DNA of 64,000 nucleotides from Eledone cirrhosa (taxonomy: Eukaryota), in contig CAXHJY010001603.1 in assembly GCA_964016885.1 (NCBI GenBank), forward strand, positions 1-64,000. The letters run 5' to 3'. A model generated the notes under the pieces. It saw only the letters and a list, made by a program, of their open reading frames with translations, did no database searches and had not been told where the DNA came from. Shown in pieces: positions 44,780 to 59,000 of this stretch. Each line of letters opens with the position of its first letter. Positions within the stretch are counted from its first letter, which is position 1. The position numbers and the translations under genes are program-made.

Positions 44780-46910
44780 TTCAACAGAAAGTATTTAGGA
44801 GCCGCAAATACAAAATTAAAGATGTCATGTCTGAGAATGTCAGAAACATGCGCCATACCACCCGTAGAAGAAGCTCAAAGATTCTAAGGAATAAATCCAA
44901 GCATTTATTAAAAGTGTGTGTGTGTGAGCGTGTGTGTGGGGTGGGGTGTGTGTGTGTGGGGGGGGGGGGGCGTTTGGAGTTTGGAGGCCGCACGAAAACA
45001 GGCAAGGCGGTGCTGCTCGAGCTGGCACGTGAGCCTGTCTGACACCAGGCTGCACTGGATAGCATCCCAAATGCTTGGGGGCTTGACGTCAGCAGGGGGA
45101 GAAGGAGGAGGAACATCTGCTGGGCTAAGTCCCAGCTGGTCCCACGTCTCACAGGCGGCCTCACGTTCCCTGACCACAGATGGTTCTATTGTGTTTTGGA
45201 GAACTCTGCTGACGGGGACGCGGCATGAGGTTACGGACGAAAGAAACGCCGGCAAAGCCAGGGAGATCGGGAACTGGAGGCCAAGGCCGCCATATCTTAC
45301 AGGGAAAGTGGCCTGTTGCCATCCAATGTCGTCAAACCTGACGTTGCATATCTCCTCGGCGGCTGCTCGGATACAAGTATCGAGGTCAGCGAGGAGAGAT
45401 GCGTGGGTGTATCACGGAGCGCTGCGAAGGGTATAGAGGAGCTTCGGAATGGCGAAAGAGACATGGGTGGCCGTCGATCAAGCCCAGTCGGCTCGTGAGG
45501 GTCTGGAGTTGTTGCAGCCTGGACCTGATAGTGGAGCGGATGGCTGGCGGGTGGATCGGTGACCCGAGGATGAGGACGTCCTCTTTGGGGGTCACCTGTA
45601 CCTGGTGGAGAAAGGACCGCACGTCCGAGACGGAGGTTGCAAAGCTCTCAGCATCGTGGCTGACGTTCACCACCTCCGACTTGGACGAGTTGACCTGGAG
45701 GCCGATTCCTGCCAGAGCAGGAACCACCGATAGTAGGTCATGGCAGACAGTCTCTACGGGCCTGCCCAACGTAGCATCTTCCAGATGCCAAACGTTGAGA
45801 AGGGCCGTGATACTCCGAGCAATGTGGTCTATACCAAGGGCAAACAGGAGGGGGCCTAAAGGGTCGCCCTGTTGGACCCCAGTGGCCGAAGGTATGACCG
45901 TATCAACAGCAAGGAGCATGCTCGGGGTTCCATACGACAGGTAGGCCAGCGGGTAGGCAAAGGGGACTCCGCTGAGGCAGGCATCGAGCAGATGGTCCCG
46001 GTGTATGCAGTTAAAGGCATTCCTCATGTCAAGCTTGACAATGAGGTGCCTGGAGTCCCTGGATGCCGGTTTCGGTGGGCAGCTGTTGAAGAACTGCCTG
46101 GTTGCATGTGCCCCCCCCCCTCACAACCACCGGACACCGACACCCAGTTGCACCGGACTGAACTCCTCACCCAGTTCAGGTGTTATGGACCTGCAGAGCA
46201 CCTTGGCAGCCAGCTTCTGGAAGACATTGCCCGCAGCGATGGGGCGTATGCCACCCTCATTCTTGCTGAGAACGGTCAGGCTAGCCGAAAAAAGAGGCCT
46301 CGGGTGTGAGGGTCCAGGGCGCCATGGATAAGCCTATTGGTGAGTGCTACAATTGCACTCAGAAGGCGGCGCCCGGCTTCAGCGGAAAGTGGGGATAGCG
46401 ACTCCTTGAGGTGGCCTGGTCGGAGACTATCAGCACCTCCGCTGCTGCTAGCTGGGAAGGACTTGATGGCAGACATGATGTCTACGTCGGAAGCCACAAG
46501 GAGCAAGTGGGGATTGGGTGAAGGTATGGGTCTGAGGTCAGCGGGTGGTCCAGGGTGCTTGAGTCGCAGGGCAGCCAGGACCTCCTCGGTGAGTTGGAGG
46601 ACAGTGTCCTCTGAGGCAACCACTCTGACTGCGGCCGAGAGATCACCCATGATTAATTTGGCGTTTACGTGGTCATGCAAACGCTTGGCGCTGGCCACAG
46701 AGGTGGAGGATTGGGGGCACCCAAGAGCGGGTTGTGTGGCGTCCTTAGGCACGCTTGGAATGGGCGTTTGCCCAAAGGACGAAACATTGGCCTTGACAAA
46801 GGCCGCTGTCGACCGGCCGCCTCGGTTAACGCCAGAGCTGGGGGGCCGAGAGCGAGTGGAGCGAAATAGAAGAATCGCTCCCAGTCGCTGGCTCGATTGG
46901 AGTCCAGGTG
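44780..46910 (-). mobile_element. CRE/SLACS-like non-LTR retrotransposon RT region, decayed
   Basis: LRLKHP, SFPASSSGGADSLRPGHLK, GGIRPIAAGNV, LDMRNAFN, GVQQGDPLGPLLFALGI, WHLED (YLDD-derived), LILGSPI. Clade call is from motif memory. Confidence 0.75.
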
Positions 46911-46914
46911 TCGA

Positions 46915-47225
46915 CTGGTCAAATTCTAGGTTACCTCTTTTTTGGCGTAAACAAGCCTGCTGTATGCGTGGGCGATCCCTCGAGGCAAGGGACAGAGGAA
47001 GCTGGAGATATAAATAGCCTGTCTTAGACTAGGACAAAAGACAGTTCTAGAGAGAATTTCCTATCACCAAAAGAGAACGTGACCTACTTTTATCACTGAC
47101 CGAGGACTACTACCTGGCTGCAGCGGCCAACAAACATTCTCGGGCCACCTGTAGAAGAAGCTCAAAGATTCTAAGGAATAAATCCAAGCATTTATTAAAA
47201 GTGTGCGCGCGCATGTGTGTGTGTG

Positions 47226-47258
<33 letters not shown>

Positions 47259-50200
47259 CTGTGTGTGTGTGTGTGTCTGTGTGTATGCGTGCGTGCGTGC
47301 GCGCGTGTGTTAACAACAAAAACATCGTCAACCTTTATAACTTGTAGTAACTTATTCTGTGTTCATTTATTAACTGAAGTGAAGTAAATTTTGTATCAAA
47401 ACGAAACCATCTATTTTGTGTTATTTCACCTCTAACAACATTTCGATCATATGCTAGACTGGCGACCGTGTGGGGACTAGCGGTTTCTTAACACACGCAC
47501 AAAACCCGATAAGTATCCGGTGCCTCACATACAAGATTTCTCTGCTACCCTACATGGGTATTTTCGAAAATCGACCTCGTGCGGGTATCCCACCAGATTC
47601 TTATTGAACCGAATCACATTCCGAAAACGGCCATTACAACTCCTTTCGGCCTCTTCGAGTTTCTTAGAATGCCATTTAGTTTAAGCAATGCGGCATCGAC
47701 CTTCCAGCGTTTCATCGACCTTCCAGCGTTTCATCGACACAGTAGTACGTGGTTTACCATGTGTCTACGCGTATATTGATAATATGCTGGTAGCCAGCAC
47801 ATCCTATGAGGAACACGAAAGGCACCTACAACTGCTCTTCGAGCGTTTTTCTCAGTTTCGTGTCATCATCAACCTCAGCAAATTCTTTTTCAGTGTTTCT
47901 TCCCTTGATTTTCTGGGGCACCATATCGACGGACGAGGAATCCGTCCCCTCCACGATAAAGTTAAGTCTATTTTTTAGTTTCCGACTCCTACGTTACTGA
48001 GGAAAGTATGTGAGTTCCTCGGCCTCATAAATTATTACCGCCGGTTCATTCCTCGCTGTGCAGAGTCTCTCCAGCCGCTAACAGACATCCTACGGCAGTG
48101 CAAACGGAAGAACCAGCTTATCACTTTCGATGACGCACAAGCGGCTGCTTTTCTGAGAGTAAAGTGGGCCTTAGCAGAGGCCACAATGCTGGTTCGTCCC
48201 AACCCTGACGCACCACTTGGTCTATTCGTCGATGCATCGGTGGCGTCCTCCAACAATGTGTAGACGATACGTGGAAGCCAATTTCTTTCTTCTCTAGGCG
48301 ACTCAAACCGGCCGAAACAAAGTACAGCACATTCGGTCGGGAGCTTTTGGCAGCGTATGAGACATTTCCGGCACATGTTAGAAGGTTCGGTGTTTTCTAT
48401 TTACACGGACCATAAACCTCTCACGTACGCTCTGTATTCCAAGCCTGACCGCTACTCACCTAGAGAAGTGCACCACCTGGATTTTATATCCCAGTATACT
48501 ACGGATATTCGCCACACTAAAGGTTCAGACAACTCTGCAGCCGATGCCCTTTTTCGCGCACACTTGGGTGCAATTCACACCTCTTTTTCTATCAGCCTCC
48601 GAGACATTGCCGCAGACAAATGGGGAGCTCCTCAAACTCCGAAATTCTCCATCTTCTTCTTCCTTGTCTTTCAAACTCCCCTCTACCTTTTTCTTCTGGT
48701 GGTATCTGGTGTGATGTGTCTACGGGTCACGCGCACCCTTATGTACTTCTACAGCATCGACGTTCGGTTTTTTTTTTCTGCGCTGCACAACCTATCCCAC
48801 CCTGGTGCACATTCTACCTTGAAGTTAATAACAGCCCAGTTTGTTTGGGTTGGTGTGAAAAAGGATGTCAGGGAATGGGCCAGACGTTGCGTCCAGTGTC
48901 AGTAGGCGAAAATTCACCATCATGTCAGAACTCCTCTGGGAACCTTCGCAATACCAGATGCACTTTTCTAACACGTACACATCGACATCGTCGGACCACT
49001 CTCTCCTTCTCAGGGTTGCACTCACCTTTTGACCTGTGTGGACAGATTCTCCCGGTGGCCTGAGGCCATTCTTCTTTCCGACACCACAACCGAATCTATT
49101 GCCAAGGCGCTATGGCACACCTTCTACCATCACAACGGAGAGGCGGCCAGTTTGAATCAAAGATTTTTCAAGAAGTGACACGCCTCCTCGGTTGTAGTTG
49201 AACACGTACAATAGCTTACCACCCTGCAGCTAATGGTATGGTGGAACGTTTCTATCGGCAATTAAAATCAGCTCTCAGAGCCTATGTCAACAACAGCTAC
49301 TGGTTGCAGATCTTTCCCCTCATCCTTCTTGGAATTCGCCCCACCGTAAAAGGACTCGGTTTTAAGCCGGCTGAGCTGGTTTATGACACGACATTGGTAT
49401 TACCCGGGAAAATGATTGTCTCTGAGTCTAAATATCCCGCAGATCCAATGAACTATATCCATCGCCTGCGGACCTACATGGTAAACCTGCCATCCGTTGC
49501 CTCGCGCCCTCAAAGCATCACTGCGCAAGTTCCATCCGACCTACAGCAATGGACACAAGTTTTTGTCAGAAGGGACACTATCAGGGCTCCTTTGCAACCA
49601 CCATACTCGGGTCCCTACCAAGTACTCAAAAAGACACCCAACGCATTTCATCTTGGACATTAATGGAAAGAGGGATGTTGTCAGTGTCGACCGGTCAAAA
49701 AAAGCTCATGTGGATTTGGATGAACCCTCATCATCAAACCAAGTTAACACAACACCAGTGCTCTCATCCACCAGCAATCCGAACTCTATACCAACAACAA
49801 GCACTAGATCCGGTCGACGTGTGTACAGGCCATCTCGCTATGCTCAATATGTCAAGTAACATTCCTCATCTCATCTATAATTTGTTCATTTTCATTTAAT
49901 TATTTATTTGTCTTATCATTTTTACGTTATTTTTAATTTTTTGTTTCGTTTTTCTCTTTCTCTTTCGCTAACTTTTCGATAATCCACCGCTGCTCCTGCA
50001 TCGATCTAGGCGGGGAACTAATGTAGCGAAATCTGTCCACACCTTGACCCCTGGGGGACACTTAATGGTCAAATTCTAGGTTACCTCCTTTTTGGCGTAA
50101 ACAAGTTGATGCGTGGGCGAACCCTCGAGGCAGGGGACAAAGGAAGCTGGAGATATAAATAGCCTGTCTTAGACTAGGCAAAAGCCAGTTCTAGAGAGAA

Positions 50201-50350
50201 TTTTCTATCACCAAGAGAAAACATGACCTACTCTTATCACTGACCGAGGGCTACTAACAACGACAAAAAAAACATTCTCTGGCCACTCGCTATTTCACAT
50301 TAACAACAAAAACATCGTCAAACTTTATAACTTGTAGGAATTTATTCGTT
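46915..50350 (+). mobile_element. Second Ty3/Gypsy element, gag/protease deleted, decayed
   Basis: 5' LTR remnant 46915-47458 matches 50067-50348; PBS tggcgaccgtg at ~47460; [36 protein letters not shown]; PPT 50008-50021 then TGTAGC. Confidence 0.9.
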
Positions 50351-50404
50351 CTTTGTGTGTGTGTGTGTGTGTGTGTATATGAATATGCGTGTGCGTGTGT
50401 AAGC

Positions 50405-50437
<33 letters not shown>

Positions 50438-50494
50438 CTATATAATCTAGGTGCTCCAAACGTTTGAATATTATCTTAATGTAAACATTAAGAT

Positions 50495-50672
50495 TGGATC
50501 AGCAGTATCGGTAGAGGGCCATGCTTTGACGCATAGAGTTACGGCCCTTGCCATTCTGAGTTCAAATCCCGCCGAGGTTAACTTTGCCTTTCATCCTTAC
50601 GGGATCGATAAAATAAAGTACCAGTAATGCACTGGATAATTTGCTGGCCTTGTGTCGAAAGTAGAAACAATT
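50495..50672 (+). mobile_element. tRNA-derived SINE with target-site duplication
   Basis: Same family as 40520-40700; flanked by attatcttaatgtaaacat (~50470 and ~50670). Confidence 0.85.
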
Positions 50673-50697
50673 ATCTTAATGTAAACATACTTATTTT

Positions 50698-50747
<50 letters not shown>

Positions 50748-51337
50748 GATATTTATATCCTGAACATTCTACATATTATATTTTCAAGGGAGACAATTCT
50801 GATGATTTTACGTATTGATGTTCTCCCTTCGTGGATGTGGATGTGTTGAGTATATGTTTGAATACAGACAGATAATTAAAGCTACACACACACTATGAGA
50901 AAGACAGGCACATAGCTGAGAGGAGCGTGTGACGTCTTGTATCTATCTAATAACTTCTCACTGAGAACTTCATGTCTTTCTCTTAATATTTTAGAGAGAC
51001 CCATCAATGTTAGTTTAAATGACTTACCACCTACTACTAAATCACATCTTCTTTCCTGTTGGAATAAACATAATATACATTTGGATATTCAACCACCCTG
51101 AACTTTTTTCAATCATGAATTAGTATTTACACTCTCTACCCTGAACTCTTTTTTCTTTATGAACACATACATTTAAGTATAATCATAACACACAAAAACA
51201 CTCACATAGTTACTATAATTACATATTCTTTGTTATACCTTTAAGACACACACATTGACTACTCTCATTTCTTTCACTTTTCATACTCAATAAGATGCAT
51301 TGAACACTCCTTTTTTTCTATTTAACATTTATACAAT

Positions 51338-52045
51338 TCATCATCATCTTCACTGTTTTACGTCCATTCTTCCACGCTAGCATGGGTTAGACGGGTTGTC
51401 CTGTTGTGGGCTGTGCCCGGTCGGCTGACCTTGTCTTTCTCATACAGGAACTGATTTTGGCTTTATTTCTACAGCTGGATGCCCTTCATAACACCAACCT
51501 CATATACACATGAACGCTGGGAGCTTTTTTTCCGTGGCGACCACTTTACAGTGTGGGCTGGGTGCGTTTTATCGTGGCACCTCCACGACTACTTTGCAGT
51601 GGGAGAGGGTGGGGGCAAATTTTCTATATGCTTCAGCTTCGGCTTGTACTCGTGGGAAGTCGAGTCTTCTGTATTACTGCGTAACGCCAGAGGTCTCTGT
51701 CCTGTGTCATCGCCTTTGAAAATAATTGGGTATGGTCGGCTTTTATCACCTCATCCCAGGTCTTCTTGGGTCTCCCCACTCCACGGCTTCCATCGACTTC
51801 TAGTGCTCTGCACCTTTTTATGCAGCTGTCATCCTTCATACGCATCACATGTCCATACCAACACAACCTCCTCTCCTGCACACAGCATTTTATTCCTCTT
51901 ATGCTCAGTTTCTCTCTCTCAATTCGTTTAAGCTTTGCCCTTCGCGTATATTACTGCAAGCTTCGTTTCTTTCTAATCATCCAGGTCTCACTACCATGTA
52001 ACATTGCTGTTCGTATGCACGCATCATACAGTCTGCCTTTTATAA
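51338..52045 (-). mobile_element. RTE LINE 3' fragment
   Basis: rc matches ~9285-10010 (WYGHVMRMKDDSCIK, 3' UTR). Confidence 0.9.
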
Positions 52046-52109
52046 AAGAGGAAACTGAAATCCATCTTTTTCTTTCTCGCGGCCTTTTCTCAAACTGATC
52101 ACATCGAGC

Positions 52110-52320
52110 GCAAGCAGTCGCAAGCGATGGGAGGGACCGTCCTGACGAAGGCCAGTTAAGCCTGAAATGCATAGACCGTTGTCCCCCTTGCTTCTGCTGG
52201 ACATCACCAGAGGGCGTTAGACCCCCGGTGTTTGCATAGCTACGGCTTCCTAAACCTGTATTTCTTTGGAGATACGAAATATTTATACATATTGTATAAA
52301 GCTATGCTTGAAGTGAAATC
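52110..52320 (+). mobile_element. Short HHR element (HHR 52136-52179)
   Basis: gtc-CTGACGA-aggccagttaagcct-GAAA-tgc-ATA-gac; family of 25219-25715. Confidence 0.82.
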
Positions 52321-52325
52321 CTATT

Positions 52326-52436
<111 letters not shown>

Positions 52437-52560
52437 GAGGTTATATTTTATTTGTTGGGATTCAACAAGCTTAGACATTTTTATAACTGATATAAAGCAC
52501 TCAACAATTTAGTGGAGTAAATATAGTTTCCATTTATTAATATATTGTATATATATATAT

Positions 52561-54440
52561 ATTGTTATACTTGGGGAGGGTCATATTTGTGTAATAACAT
52601 TGCCAGAATTAATAACAACACACTCACTGTTTGGTTGGTTTTCGCTTCTGTGTCTTTTATATAGGTTAATTTAATTTATTCGGTCCTCAATGTTACCATT
52701 GACTGACCAACGGTCAAAAATACAGATACAATATAGACACAAACACACATATATATATATAGTCTAACAAAGTTCTTTCGTTGCACATCTGCAACATCGT
52801 CCGTGGTGCTATTACGTTTCCTCCCGTTGCATTGTATGCCTACGCCATCTTTATTTAGTCTGTATATTTATTTTTTTTGTCTTCTCTGCGCATGCGTTTG
52901 CGTGTGTGTATAGTGTTTTGTTTGATGTGTGTTCGTGTTTGGGTGACTGTGTATTGGTTATTATATTCTATCTTAGTTTACTAGTGTGTGTTTATATGTG
53001 TTTGTTGTTATTGTGCTTGTGTATGTATTTATTTCTTTATTTATACTTCTCTTAGGTCAGTGTCGTTTGTTTGGGTGTTGTTGTTATTCCATTCATTTTT
53101 TCTGTTTAGCCTTGGCCTTCTAAGTTCTATTTCGCTGGCCTCTCTGATTTGCCTATTTGCTGGGTCATTTCTATGTTTAGCTATTATTCTAATTTCTATG
53201 TTGTCTATGTTACCGTCGTGTTGTTGTCTGGCATGTTCGTATAGTAATGAACCGTTTTTTCGTCCTTTTAGTTCCCCCCAGTGTTGGTCTATCCTTTCAC
53301 CTATGCTACGAGCTGTCTCGCCTATGTATGTTGTTGTCATGTTTCTGCAAGTACCCTCTGTACATCTTATTCTATAGACTACGTTTCTAGTTTTACAGTT
53401 TATCCGGGAGTTTACTTTACATATAATACATTTCCTATTAGTACAGTGGGTTTTCTTAAAAGGGTAAGTTTTGCTGATCAGGGATTTTATGGTGGTTCCT
53501 GGCTTTTCTACCACCTTAATCTTTAAGTGGGTCTTTCTACACTGGTTAGCTAATTTCCCTCCAGAGGTAGCGTCCACAAACATGACACTCTGGTATCTCT
53601 GGTTGTCGTACCATGAGGTGGCTTTCCCTATCTTATGTCTAGTCCTATCTAAGCTATTCCATTATTTTCTCCTGTATAATGGGCAAATTCCTTTCATGTC
53701 CAGTTCTATGAGGGTCTTATACTTCTCCGTGGCTCCTTGGTATACTCTGATTCTGTCTCTTTGGTTGTAGCCAGAGAACTGCATGCGGTTGATGAAGTGT
53801 TGGATGTGTCTTTCCATTTCTGTTGGATCGCACAGGCGGGACACGTTCTTCATCACTCGTACCAAGTTTGCGATCAAAATATTAAACTTAGCACTACTGG
53901 ACATTGTTGAGTTTTTGAGTATCAGGTATTTGGAGGCCAAGGGTTTAGTATAGTGTGAGTGGAGAATTTGGGCTCTCTCGTCTATAGTGTTAATCCAGAG
54001 TTCCGTGTCTAATACGGGTAGTTTATTGTTAGGGTGTTTGGAAGGGTAGTCGATAGTTACAGTTATACTCTGGTGTATGGAATTAGCTATCTGCTGGATG
54101 CTTTCCATTGTGCTACGTTCTAAATCAAACTTGTTAGTACTCTCTTGTGGGGATGTCCTTATTACTATATTGATGTCGTCTACGTAACGAGAGTACATGA
54201 TGAGGTCTATGGAGCTCCTTTCCCACCATACCATAAAAAGGTTGGCAACGTCACCAGCTATGCTGACGCCAATGGCTGCTCCCTCATTTTGGGTGTAGAT
54301 CTTCTCGTTGAATTTGAATATGCGGCCCTTTAGGGTAGTTTTGATACTAGCCCCTATTGCATGTGCGACCATTTTTCTTACCTGATCATTGTTTTGGGGA
54401 TCCGTATGGCTTTGGTCCACCCAATCCACCTTCTCATGGG
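52561..54440 (-). mobile_element. 5'-truncated PLE related to 18727-20045 (HHR remnant 52766-52808)
   Basis: GAAIGVSIAGDVAN, RYVDD, LPVLD; NVVYRIRC..YIGETAR; 3' end attgttatacttggggagggtcat. Confidence 0.92.
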
Positions 54441-54514
54441 AGTCTTTTTTGCCATTGAGATTATGGTCTACCTCTTATGAGCCAAAACTAATTCATCGCC
54501 ATTATATATATATA

Positions 54515-54951
54515 AATGAAAATAGAGAAATTAATTGTTTCTATTTTTGGCACAAGGCCAGCAATTACCCAGTACATCAGTACATTACTGGTACTTTATT
54601 TTAACGACCCCGTAAGGATGAAAGGCAAAGTTAACCTCGGCGGGATTTGACCTCAGATCATAAAGGGACGTAACTCTATGTTTCAAAGCATGGCGTCCGA
54701 CTCTCAGAGAAATTAATGTAAGCAAAGAGACAACAATAATTCAGACATATAAGTGACTGTGGCAGTATCGGTAGAGGGTCGGACGCCATGCTTTCTAGCA
54801 TAGTTACGTCCCTTTACGGTCAGAGTTCAAATCCCGCCGAGGTAAACTTTGCCTTTCATCCTTACGGGGTCGTTAAAATAAAGTACCAGTAATGTACTGG
54901 GTAATTGCTGGCCTTGTGCCAAAAGTAGAAACAATTAATTTCTCTATTTTC

Positions 54952-54952
<1 letters not shown>
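54515..54952. mobile_element. Inverted pair of tRNA SINEs, 3' ends outward into (TA)n
   Basis: 54515-54706 on minus and 54760-54952 on plus; both end in the extra tail aattaatttctctattttcat. Confidence 0.88.
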
Positions 54953-54990
<38 letters not shown>

Positions 54991-55003
54991 TATATATATA
55001 TAT

Positions 55004-56012
55004 ATTGTTATACTTGGGGAGGGTCATATTTGTGTAATATTGCCAGAATTAATAACAGAACACACTCACTGTTAGGTTGGTTTGCGCTTTTCGCTTCTGT
55101 GTCTTTTATATCGGTAATCTAATTTATTCGGTCCTCAATGTTGCCATTGACTGACCAACGGTCAAAAATAATACAGATACAATATAGACACAAACACATA
55201 TATATATATAGTTTATCAAAGTTCTTTCGTTGCACATCTGCAGCATCGTCAGTGGTGCTATTGTTTCCTCCCGTTACATTGTATGTCTATGCCATCTTTA
55301 TTTAGTCTGTTTATATATTTATTTATTTATTTGTTTGTTTGTTTATTTTATTTTGTCTTCTTTGCGCATGCGTTTGCGTATGTGTATAGTGTTTTGTTTG
55401 GTGTGTGTTCGTGATTGGGTGACTGTGTATTGGTTAATGTATTCTATCTTTACTAGTGTGTGTTTATATGTGTTTGTTGTTATTGTGCTTGTGTATGTAT
55501 TTATATATTTATTTATCTATTTATTTATTTATTTATACTTCTCTTAGGTCAGTTTTGTTTGTTTGGGTGTTGTTGTTATTCCATTCATTCTTTCTGTTTA
55601 GTCTTGGCCTTCTAAGTTCTATTTAACTGGCCTCCCTGATTTGCCTATCTGCTGGGTCATTTCTATGTTTAGATATTATTCTAATTTCTATGTTGTCTAT
55701 GTTACCGTCGTGTTGTTGTCTGGCATGTTCGTATAGTACGGAACCGTTTTTTCGTCCTTTTAGTTCCCCGAGAAAGACCCACTTAAAGATTAAGGTGGTA
55801 GAAAAGCCAGGAACCACCATAAAATCCCTGATCAGCAGAACCTACCCTTTTAAAAAAACCCACTGTACTAATAGGAAATGTATCATATGTAAGGTAAACC
55901 CCCGGATAAACTGTAAAACTAGAAACGTAGTCTATAGCATAAGATGTACAGAGGGTACTTGCAGAAACATGACAACAACATACATAGGCGTGACAGCTCG
56001 TAGCATAGGTGA
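55004..56012. mobile_element. PLE 3' fragment with internal inversion (minus 55004-55768; plus 55769-56012); HHR 55215-55257
   Basis: Close paralogue of 52561-53540; rc ca-CTGACGA-tgctgcagatgtgcaac-GAAAG-aa-CTT-tg. Confidence 0.9.
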
Positions 56013-56016
56013 AAGG

Positions 56017-59000
56017 ATTTTTTTATGGGGGGGTCCGTTTTTTATTTGTGTGCCCCATATTTTATTTGGGTGTCCCGTTTTTTTATGGGGTGGTCCGTTT
56101 TTTATTTGGGTGTTCCGTTTTTTATGGGGGGTCCGTTTTTTATTTGGATGCCCCGTTTTTTTATGGGGGTTCCGTTTTTTATTTGGGTGCCCCGTTTTTT
56201 ATTTGGGTGCCTCGTTTTTTATGGGTGGGTCCGTATTTTATTTGGGTGCCCCGTTTTTATTTGGGTGTCCCGTTTTTTTATGGGTCCGTTTTTTATTTGG
56301 GTGCCCAGTTTTTTATTTGGGTGCCCCGTTTTTTATTTGGGTGCCCCGTTTTTTTATGGGGGGTCCATTTTTTATTTGGGTGCCCCGTTTTTTTATGGGG
56401 GGGTCCGTTTTTTATTAGGGTGCCCCGTTTTTTATGGGGGGGTCCGTTATTTATTTGGGTGCCCCGTTTTTTTATGGGGTGGCCCGTTTTTTATTTGGGT
56501 GTTCCGTTTTTTTATTGGGGGTCCGTTTTTTATTTGGATGCCCCGTTTTTTTATGGGGGGCGCCGTTTTTTATTTGGGTGCCTCGTTTTTTATGGGTGGG
56601 TCCGCATTTTATTTAGGTGCCCCGTTTTTATTTGGGTGTCCCGTTTATTTATGGGGGTCCGTTTTTTATTTGGGTGCCCCGTTTTTTTATGGGGGGTCCA
56701 TTTTTTATTTGGGTGCCCCGTTTTTTATTAGGGTGCCCCGTTTTTTATGGGGGGGTCCGTTTTTTATTTAGGTGCCCCGTTTTTTATGGGAGGGTCCGTT
56801 TCTTATTTGGGTGCCTCGTTTTTTTTATGGGGGGCGCGTTTATTATTTGGGTGCCCCGTTTTTTATGGGGGGGGTCCGTATTTTATTTGGGTGCCCCGTT
56901 TTTATTTGGGTGTCCCGTTTTCTTTATGGGGGTCCGTTTTTTATTTGGGTGCCCCGTTTTTTTATGGGGGGTCCGTTTTTTATTTGGGTGCCCCGTTTTT
57001 TATTTGGGTTCCCCGTTTTCTATTTGGGTGTCCCGTTTTTTTATGGGGGAGGGTCCGTTTTTTATTTGGGTGTCCCGTTTTTTATGGTGGGGGTCCGTTT
57101 TTTAATTGGGTGCCCCGTTTTTTTATGCGGCGGTCGGTTTTTTATTTAGATGCCCCGTTTTTTATTTGGGTGACCCGTTTTTTATTTGGGTGCCCCGTTT
57201 TTTTATGGGGTTCCGTTTTTTATTTGGGTGCCCCGTTTTTTATTTGGGTTCCCCGTTTTATTATGGGGGGCACCGTTTTTATTTGGGTGCCCCTTTTTTT
57301 ATGGGGTGTGTCTGTTTTTTATTTGTGTGCCCCATTTTTTATTTGGGTGCCCCGTTTTTTTATGGGGTGGTCCGCTTTTTATTTGGGTGTTCCGTTTTTT
57401 TATGGGGGGTCCGTTTTTTATTTGGATGCCCCGTTTTTTTATGGGGGGGTTCCGTTTTTTATTTGGGTGCCCCGTTTTTTATTTGGGTGCCCCGTTTGTT
57501 ATTTGGGTGCCCCGTTTTTTATTTGGGTGCCCCGTTTTTTTATGGGGGGCGCCGTTTTTTATTTGGTTGCCTCGTTTTTTATGGGTGGGTCCGTATTTTA
57601 TTTAGGTGCCTCGTTTTTATTTGGGTGTCCCGTTTTTTTATGGGGTCCGTTTTTTATTTGGGTGCCCCGTTTTTTATTTGGGTGCCCCATTTTTTTATGG
57701 GGGGTGCATTTTTTATTTGGGTGCCCCGTTTTTTTATGGGGGGGTCCGTTTTTTATTAGGGTGCCCCGTTTTTTATGGGGGGGTCCGTTATTTATTTGGG
57801 TGCCCCGTTTTTTTTATAGGGGGGTCCGTTTTTTATTTAGGTGCCCCGTTTTTTATTTGGGTGCCCCGTTTTTTATGGGGTGGCCGTTTTTTATTTGGGT
57901 GTTCCGTTTTTTTATGGGAGGGTCCGTTTTTTATTTGGATGCGCCGTTTTTTATGGGGGGTTCCGTTATTTATTTGGGTGCCCCGTTTTTTTTATAGGGG
58001 GGTCCGTTTTTTATTTAGGTGCCTCGTTTTTTATTTGGGTGCCCCGTTTTTTTATGGGGTGGTCCGTTTTTTATTTGGGTGTTCCGTTTTTTTATGGGAG
58101 GGTCCGTTTTTTATTTGGATGCCCCGTTTTTTTATGGGGGGTTCCGTTTTTTATTTGGGTGCCCCGTTTTTTATTTGGGTGCCCCGTTTTTTTATGGGGG
58201 GCGCCGTTTTTTATTTGGGTGCCTCGTTTTTTATGGGTGGGTCCGTATTTTATTTAGGTGCCCCGTTTTTATTTGGGTATCCCGTTTTTTTATGGGGGGG
58301 TCCGTTTTTTATTTGTGTGCCCCATTTTTTATTTGGGTGCCCCGTTTTTTTATGGGGTGGTCCGTTTTTTATTTGGGTGTTCCGTTTTTTATGGGGGGTC
58401 CGTTTTTTATTTGGATGCCCCGTTTTTTTATGGGGGTTCCGTTTTTTATTTGGGTGCCCCGTTTTTTATTTGGGTGCCTCGTTTTTTATGGGTGGGTCCG
58501 TATTTTATTTGGGTGCCCCGTTTTTTATGGGGGGGTCCGTTATTTATTTGGGTGCCCCGTTATTTTATGGGGTGGCCCGTTTTTTATTTGGGTGTTCCGT
58601 TTTTTTATGGGGGGTCCGTTTTTTATTTGGATGCCCCGTTTTTTTATGGGGGGTTCCGTTTTTTATTTGGGTGCCTCGTTTTTTATGGGTGGGTCCGCAT
58701 TTTATTTAGGTGCCCCGTTTTTATATGGGTGTCCCGTTTATTTATGGGGGTCCGTTTTTTATTTGGGTGTTCCGTTTTTTATTGGGGGTCCGTTTTTTAT
58801 TTGGATACCCCGTTTTTTTATGGGGGTTCCGTTTTTTATTTGGGTGCCCCGTTTTTTATTTGGGTGCCTCGTTTTTTATGGGTGGGTCCGTATTTTATTT
58901 GGGTGCCCCGTTTTTATTTGGGTGGCCCGTTTTTTTATGGGGTCCGTTTTTTATTTGGGTGCCCAGTTTTTTATTTGGGTGCCCCGTTTTTTATTTGGGT

